Shown here in pieces: positions 36,514 to 42,494 of a stretch of 42,494 bases of DNA. The notes beneath the pieces are model-generated. The model saw only the letters and a program-made list of their open reading frames with translations. It searched no databases and was not told the DNA's origin. The translations under genes were made by a program, and so were the position numbers. The stretch's first letter is position 1. The number at the start of each line of letters is the position of its first letter. The DNA comes from Chiloscyllium plagiosum (taxonomy: Eukaryota): assembly GCF_004010195.1 (NCBI RefSeq), contig NC_057719.1, forward strand, positions 84,097,108 to 84,139,601, read 5' to 3'.

Positions 36514-36853
36514 GCACTATGATGATATAGTTATCATAATAATAAAAGTAATAAAATTTATTATTACATAATTATTTGCTTTTTTCAACATTCATAACCT
36601 CATTCAAATTCCATAGCCAGATATGGTCCTCCAACACTGCTGCAAGATATGAAATTCTCCTTCTAAATTTTATTTTGCCTCTCTCACCCTTCAAGTCAAT
36701 CCTTAGAACCTCAGTCTCCATCCAAGCATTTGATCATCTGCACTAATATCATATGTAGGAGGAGAAAGTGAGGACTGCAAATGCTGGAGATCAGAGCTGA
36801 AAATGTGTTGCTGGAAAAGCGCAGCAGGTCAGGCAGCATCTGGGGAACAGGAG

Positions 36854-36889
36854 ATTCGACGTTTCGGGCTTAAACCCTTCTTCAGGAAT
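36854..36889 (-). ncRNA. Minimal type I hammerhead ribozyme motif (intact), sense to and downstream of the GIY-YIG fragment
   Basis: ATTC-CTGAAGA-A-GGGT-TTAA-GCCC-GAAA-CG-TC-GAAT. The opposed copy at 37291-37326 (+) has ACGT changed to ATGT. Confidence 0.75.
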
Positions 36890-36929
36890 GAGGAAAGTGT
36901 GTCCAGCAGGCTAAGATAAAAGGTAGGGA

Positions 36930-37075
36930 CTTGCATGTCCTTGGTGGAGTGGGAGGGGGAGTTGAAGTGTTGAGCCACGGGGTGGTTGGGTTCCCAGAGG
37001 TGTTCTCTGAAACGTTCCGCAAGTAGGCGGCCTGTCTCCCCAATATAGAGGAGGCCACATCGGGTGCAGCGGATG
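36930..37075 (-). pseudogene. Truncated Penelope GIY-YIG endonuclease fragment
   Basis: IRCTRCGLLYIGETGRLLAERFREHL..HPVAQHFNSPSH: CxxC, YIGET, RxxEH and HF motifs of PLE GIY-YIG domains. Confidence 0.92.
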
Positions 37076-37399
37076 CTCATTTCCCTTTCCCCCACCTTGT
37101 CTTAGTCAAATCCCTCGAACTCAGCACCGCCTTCCTAACCTGCAATCTTCTTCCTGACCTCTCCGCCCCCACGCCCACTCCGGCCTATCACCCTCACCTT
37201 GATGTCCTTCCACCTATCGCATTTCCAACGCCCCTCCCCCAAGTCCCTCCTCCCTACCTTTTATCTTAGCCTGCTGGATACACTTTCCTCATTCCTGAAG
37301 AAGGGCTTATGCCCGAAATGTCGATTCTCCTGCTCCTTGGATGCTGCCTGACCTGCTGCGCTTTTCCAGCAACACGTTTTCAGCTAATATCATATGTAG

Positions 37400-37659
37400 A
37401 CAGGCAGGAGGCTGGAAGAACGCAGCAAGCCAGGCAGCATCAGGAGGTGGAGAAGTTGATATTTCGGGTGTAATCCTTCTTCAAGAATCAGGGTGGGTGC
37501 AAGTCCAAAACTATTTTTGACCCGGAATAAACACGAGAAGAAGGGTTACACCTGAAACATCGACTTTTCCACCTCCCAATGCTGCCTGGATTGCTGTGCT
37601 CTTCCAGCCTCCTGCTTGTTTTTCTTGGATTCTGGCATCTGCACATTTTTTGTGGCCTT
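37400..37659 (+). mobile_element. Older fold-back Penelope-like element, another family (stem II GGGT/ACC[C/T])
   Basis: Diverged arms about 37400-37482 / 37537-37619, about 40-nt tail, GAAGA-A-GGGT-TAC-ACCT-GAAA-CA-TC. Confidence 0.82.
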
Positions 37660-37768
37660 GAATATCTCATGTGGCTTGGCATCAATTTTTGTTTGATATA
37701 ATTCATACAAAGTGTCTGGGATGATCTGCCTTTTTGAAGGTGCTTTATAAATGCAAGTTATTGCTGTC
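37660..37768 (+). mobile_element. L2-type 3' tail (host of the two PLEs; 5' part at about 36650-36758)
   Basis: AATATCTCATGTGGCTTGGCATCAATTTTTG...AAGGTGCTTTATAAATGCAAGTTATTGCTG. Confidence 0.6.
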
Positions 37769-38684
37769 ATAGCTATCTGTCCACACAGTGAGACTGAAAC
37801 CAGCCATAAATTTTCACCGAAACCAAGCGTTTTGCATTCCAGAATGCTAGCACAGTCCAGGTGCATTCCATTCTAACTAAACTCAGCACGGTACAAGAGT
37901 ATGCCAACTGGATCATGGCACTGGTTTAACCTATCCCTCTTTGTTCAAAAACCAAATGAGGGTGATTAGAGCACAAGCAAAAGTGATCACAAGTAAAATT
38001 GAAGCCATTCAGATTTATTTTTAATTGAGGCTTCCTGTTATGCTCCCTCCATGGGCTACACCATCTAAAATCAAGTTGCTAATGGTTATGCTCTACATCC
38101 AAGAAATCTCAGTTCAATTCTCAGCGTGCCATCAGTTAAGTGAACTATCTAAGTGGCACTGGCAGCATGGGACAATGTATCTCAGCATCCCAAGGCTAAT
38201 GGAACAACGTGAAAATCACCCAAGACTAAGTGTGTATGTGTCAGTTTGAGTTATGTTTCAGTAATTAATTGTTTTGATTTGATTTGATTATGCAACTGAC
38301 GAATGTTCTGATTCATTGTGGTAAGTTGCAAAAGAGCCTGATAGCAGAATGGCATATGTTACAGGTTAAAAGTAAAGTCATTGGGAGATAGTTTTAAGAT
38401 TGTTTTTATGGCTCAAGACAATAAATACGAGAATACTTTGAAGTAAAATGGTTTTATTCAAATACATAGCTAGGTTTTAAAACAGCTCAGTTTTGTAACT
38501 TAAAAGTTTGTGACAGGCCTGTGGGTATATGTTTAATACAATTTTGGAATTAGAATCTGTAGTGAGTTTCATATTTCTGCAGTGTTTTGATCTTTTTTGT
38601 TACATTAGTTGGAACAATATTAAATCATCAGGAGATGACACTATACACTCCAAGGCAGACCATATGAAATCGGTTAATGGGTGT

Positions 38685-39050
38685 CATAAGACCATAAGAC
38701 ATAGGAGGAGAAGCAAGGTCATTCAGCCCATCAAATCCATTCCACCATTTAATCATGGCTGATGGGTGTTTCAATTCCACTTACCTGCACACTCCCCGTA
38801 TCCCTTAATTCCTTGCGAGATCAAGAATTTAAAAATCTCTGCCTTGAAGACACCCAATGTCCTGGCCTCCACTGCGCTCCGTGGCAATGAATTCCACAGG
38901 CCCACCACTCTCTAGCTGAAGAAATGTCTCCTCATTTCCGTTCTAAATTGACCCCCTCTAATTTTAAGGCTACGCCCACGGGTCCTGGTCTCCCTGCCTA
39001 ACAGAAACAACTTCCCAGCGTCCACCCTTTCTAAGCCATGCATCATCTTA
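38685..39050 (-). mobile_element. CR1 3' portion
   Basis: CATAAGACCATAAGACATAGGAG tail; TGGCAATGAATTCCACAGGCCCACCACTCTC (antisense RVVGLWNSLP). Confidence 0.85.
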
Positions 39051-39261
39051 TCTTGGTAAAAACCTATGAATTTTGGATATTGATAAGTTCAGAAGGGCAA
39101 GCTGTTATAAAAGAGAATGGTCTTTCAAACTAACTGGCACTTCGGAGAATGAATCAGGAGACAGTAGGAATAATGTCACGAAGATAATTATTATTTTTAA
39201 ACATACTAAGCAGAAATTGGGCAGATATTATATCACCAATCCAAGATTGACCATGAACAAT

Positions 39262-39520
39262 AATGTGGGAAAGTGTGAGGTTATGCAATTGGGCAGGAAG
39301 AATACAGCAGCTGAAAAACAACTGCTGAAAGCTAGGAATCAGAGGGATTTGGGAGTCCTTGTGCATGATTCACAAAAATCTAGCATCTAAGTTCAGCAGA
39401 AATTGTTAAAATTATAAAGGGCTAGTCAGATCATAGGTGGAATACAGTGAACAGTTTTGGGCGTCTTTTCTAAAGAGGCAGTCCAGAAAAGGTTCATTGG
39501 GCTGATAGCAGGTATTGAAA
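39262..39520 (+). mobile_element. Old CR1 ORF2 fragment
   Basis: NVGKCEVMQLGRKN and QRDLGVLVH motifs in ORF 39073-39390. Confidence 0.75.
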
Positions 39521-41258
39521 GACTTGCTTGCAGATATGCCCTGAGGAGTAGAAAATGGGCTCTCTACAATGGCTTCCACAGTCAAACAGAATGTCAATAC
39601 TCAACACCGAGGCTGACATTTTATTACTAACCAGTTGGATTGGTGCCAGCACCAAAAGGAAGTGTAACAGAGGGAGAATCTGGTGGAAAAGGGCAAGGGA
39701 AAGGGACTAAATAACAAAAAAAATTAAATAAACTAGGCAAATAAAACCAAGGTATTTCTGAACAGTTTATTGAAATACACTCAGCTCGAAGTTGTGGATC
39801 GTTCAGCTGCAAAAAAAGTAAATTCACGACACATTCAACTATTTCTGTTGCTGCGAAAAAGGCTTGGGACACACCATCCACCCACTTCCCCCAACTCTCC
39901 CCCTCCACTCTCCCCCTCCCAATAAACAAAACTTTTGAATCCTTGAACAATATTGAAAGAATATTTTTTTAAAAGCCTTTTTAATTAGGGGCCGAAAACT
40001 TTATAATCAAATTGAACTAGATGTCTGTGCTTGCCAAATAATTTGGCAAACTCACTGGGAGTCATTTGCCAGACTGAGCAGGAAATAGCAGTTCAAAAAG
40101 CAGCCTCAGATTAAATTTATAAATCAAACTGTCCTTTCTCTCAAAAACCTGGATCAAAGGAAGCAATAAGAAATCACTGCAGACCATCCAACAAGTGAGT
40201 AGGCAACAATATAGCAACTTCTGATCATCTCTTGCTGGACACTTCAAAGTCGACAACAAACATAGACAGAATTTCCAGAAGTTTCCATCCATCCTTTTCA
40301 CCTCCAAGTTTCTGACACCATGTGCATCACTCAGCCTCCATCAACTGTTGAAATAAGGTCTTGTCAGTATCAATGCTTTAACACCGTGACCAAGACCTTT
40401 TTGCTCACCTTCTGGAGTCTCACTTGCAAGTTATTCGACACGGGGCAAGTCCCGAACAGTGGACATAACCTTAAGATACAGTTAGGCAGCTCAGGAAGCA
40501 CATCATCACATAAAAAGTAATGAAAATATGGGAGAGAACTTCCCCAGCAAGTGAATGATATAGACATTTGCCAGAAAGTTGGGAGAATACATTAGATCAG
40601 CAGTGGTGAGTTTGCCAACATTGAGAGAAAAAGATTCCATTTTCCAACCAAATGTTAAACAGTGAGATTACTAGCGAGCAGCAAGAGACCGATTAGCGTG
40701 CACTAACATCCTCATCATTACATAATCTCAACTCACTGATATGCAGTTCCCCAATCTCCCACCAGCCGAACAAAAACAAGACGGCATCAATTTCCAACAA
40801 GAAAATCAGAGCAGTAACATGGCAACTCCTGTTGCCACTTGCTTCTCCAACTGTCCACCTTGGACACCTAGCACCTAGCGTGCTCTATTGACTGGATCAC
40901 ATGCACTGCAAACCTTGCCCACTAGGACCCCACCAGCAAAGTGGCCAATTTCCCTCTCTGACATGTCTGGGGAAACTGATAGCTGCAGACTGCCAGCATC
41001 GATCTGGTGCATGGTTAGGATTTAAGGACGTTACCAGGGTCAGGGTCCTGGAAATCCTGGCAGTGGACAGTATTTCTACCTGCAGTGAGCAGGCACCCCT
41101 AGTAGCAAGTGCACAGGTAATAAGGTGAGTGAGAAAACCCGCTTGTGATCAAGAGAGAGATTCACCGCGAAACTTGAAAATCTGCAAATGCCATGAAACT
41201 TGGAAACATTGCAAACCGTGAAGATGATAGTGATAAACTTCATAGAGGGCAGACAAGT

Positions 41259-41808
41259 TGTGAGAGGTAATTTCGGTTTAAACTTTAAGATGTGCCTGGA
41301 CCACAGACTGATCTATAATAAAAGACAAAACTTTTGCTTCTTTTCTAACAACCATTTTATATACTCAAAAGTAGAATAGTTTAAATTGTGCAGAATGCTG
41401 ACAATTTGTGAGCGATAGTAAAAACAAGCAGGCTCTTGATTGATGAAGCCATTCACACAGCAGGGAAGGATAAGTCCTTGACTGATAAGACTGCTAGCAC
41501 AGACAGAGAAGAATAAGTCTTTGACTGATAAGACTACAGGGTGAGAAAAACAACAACTTTAGAGACTCTGAAGACATTTGTTGCAGACTTTGTGATAAAA
41601 ATAATGATGTTTTTAAGAATGTGAACCTCATGGCTTGTTAGAGCCAAGGAGGGGAGGGACTTGTACTGTATATAATGGGAGACTTTGTAAGCCTCAGCGC
41701 GCCTTTTCTTTAAGGGTGCCCGACTCTGCAGACTTGACTTGTTAATAAAACTTTGTTTTCCTGAATTTGTCTAGAGCGATTATTGAGAAGCGATTTTCGT
41801 TTATAACA
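41259..41808 (+). mobile_element. Probable solo LTR
   Basis: TGTGA...TAACA termini, 28-bp direct repeats (41465-41492, 41508-41535), TATATAA 41669-41675, AATAAA 41744-41749. No TSD found. Confidence 0.6.
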
Positions 41809-42077
41809 TTCTTCTAAACGGCAATCAATTTTAACCCACTCTTGATGCTTCCCAGCACTGAAATTAAGCCTATCTATCCGTCTCCACTTGTGTGAACTCG
41901 ATGTCGCATTTACTAAGTCCACACTGATAGGTAATTGTCTCAAATAATACATCCGTGATGTCTTTCAAAATTTCAAGTAATCTGCATGAATGATGGTGCA
42001 TACCAGGTCAATACTGCAGCACAAATCATTTTGAGGAATCTCCATTGCAACGTGATAAATTACTCATCTATTCACAA

Positions 42078-42494
42078 GAGTCAGAGGGAAATTGAGAAAC
42101 AAACTTGTAAGGGGATTTCAGCTATCTGTAAAAATAATAGGGTAAGAATCTGTAACAATAATTATGGTAGGGGATTTTAACTTTCCAAACATCGACTGGG
42201 ACTGCCATAGTGTTAAAGGTTTAGATGGAGAGGAATTTCTTAAGTGTGTACAAGACAATTTTCTGATTCAGTATGTGGATGTACCTACTAGAGAAGGTGC
42301 AAAACTTGACCTACTCTTAGGAAATAAGGCAGGGGAGGTGACTGAGGTGTCAGTGGGGGAACATTTTGGGGCCAGTGACCATAATTCTATTCGTTTTAAA
42401 ATAGTGATGGAAAAGGATAGACCAGATCTAAAAGTTAAAGGTCTAAATTGGAGAAAGGTCAATTTTGATGGTATTAAGCAAGAACTTTCGATAG
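42078..42494 (+). mobile_element. CR1 LINE ORF2 APE-endonuclease region, runs off the window end
   Basis: Open frame 42164-42493 MVGDFNFPNIDW..QYVDVPTREGAKLDLLLGN..GASDHNSIRF (GDFN and SDH motifs). The upstream part is in another frame. Confidence 0.93.

Larger units (their letters stand above)
36759..37383 (-). mobile_element. Penelope-like retroelement with GIY-YIG fragment, inverted pLTR arms and 16-bp TSD
   Basis: 135-bp arms 36795-36929 / 37251-37385, 36-nt tail, TSD CTAATATCATATGTAG at 36743-36758 and 37384-37399. Confidence 0.95.

Noticed and set aside
23845..41535. CRISPR-like interpretation of short direct repeats
   Set aside because: Only two copies each, no unique spacer series, and a eukaryotic context.
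249..42462. Short ORFs of the six-frame track as host genes
   Set aside because: All are 126 aa or shorter, many use non-ATG starts, and recurring peptides (MLPDLLCF.., LLLGCCLTCCAF.., CGRKPEHPEETHADTG..) are translations of non-coding PLE arms and HE1 SINEs.

Overview
AT-rich vertebrate DNA, dominated by retroelements. The repeat families (HE1-type V-SINEs, HER1/CR1 LINEs, Deu-domain SINEs, Penelope-like elements) point to an elasmobranch (shark); this is inferred from family recognition, not from a database search. I find no intact protein-coding gene. The ORF track is mostly noise, apart from pieces of CR1, RTE and Penelope proteins. The main signal is about 14 short Penelope-like element (PLE) insertions from at least 4 sequence families. 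Nine are fold-back insertions with 13-16 bp target-site duplications (TSDs; diverged in the oldest) and a near-constant 33-40 nt unpaired tail. Most carry a minimal hammerhead-ribozyme motif, CTGAnGA-A-stem II-GAAA-NN-TH. Stem II and the helix-III palindrome (ACGT vs AGCT) differ between families while staying paired. One copy retains a GIY-YIG endonuclease fragment. Also present: a probable solo LTR, a bipartite non-autonomous LINE derivative, a 174-bp near-perfect local duplication, nested insertions, and two possible decayed exons on the minus strand near 0.9-1.8 kb. Boundaries of old repeats are approximate (tens of bp).
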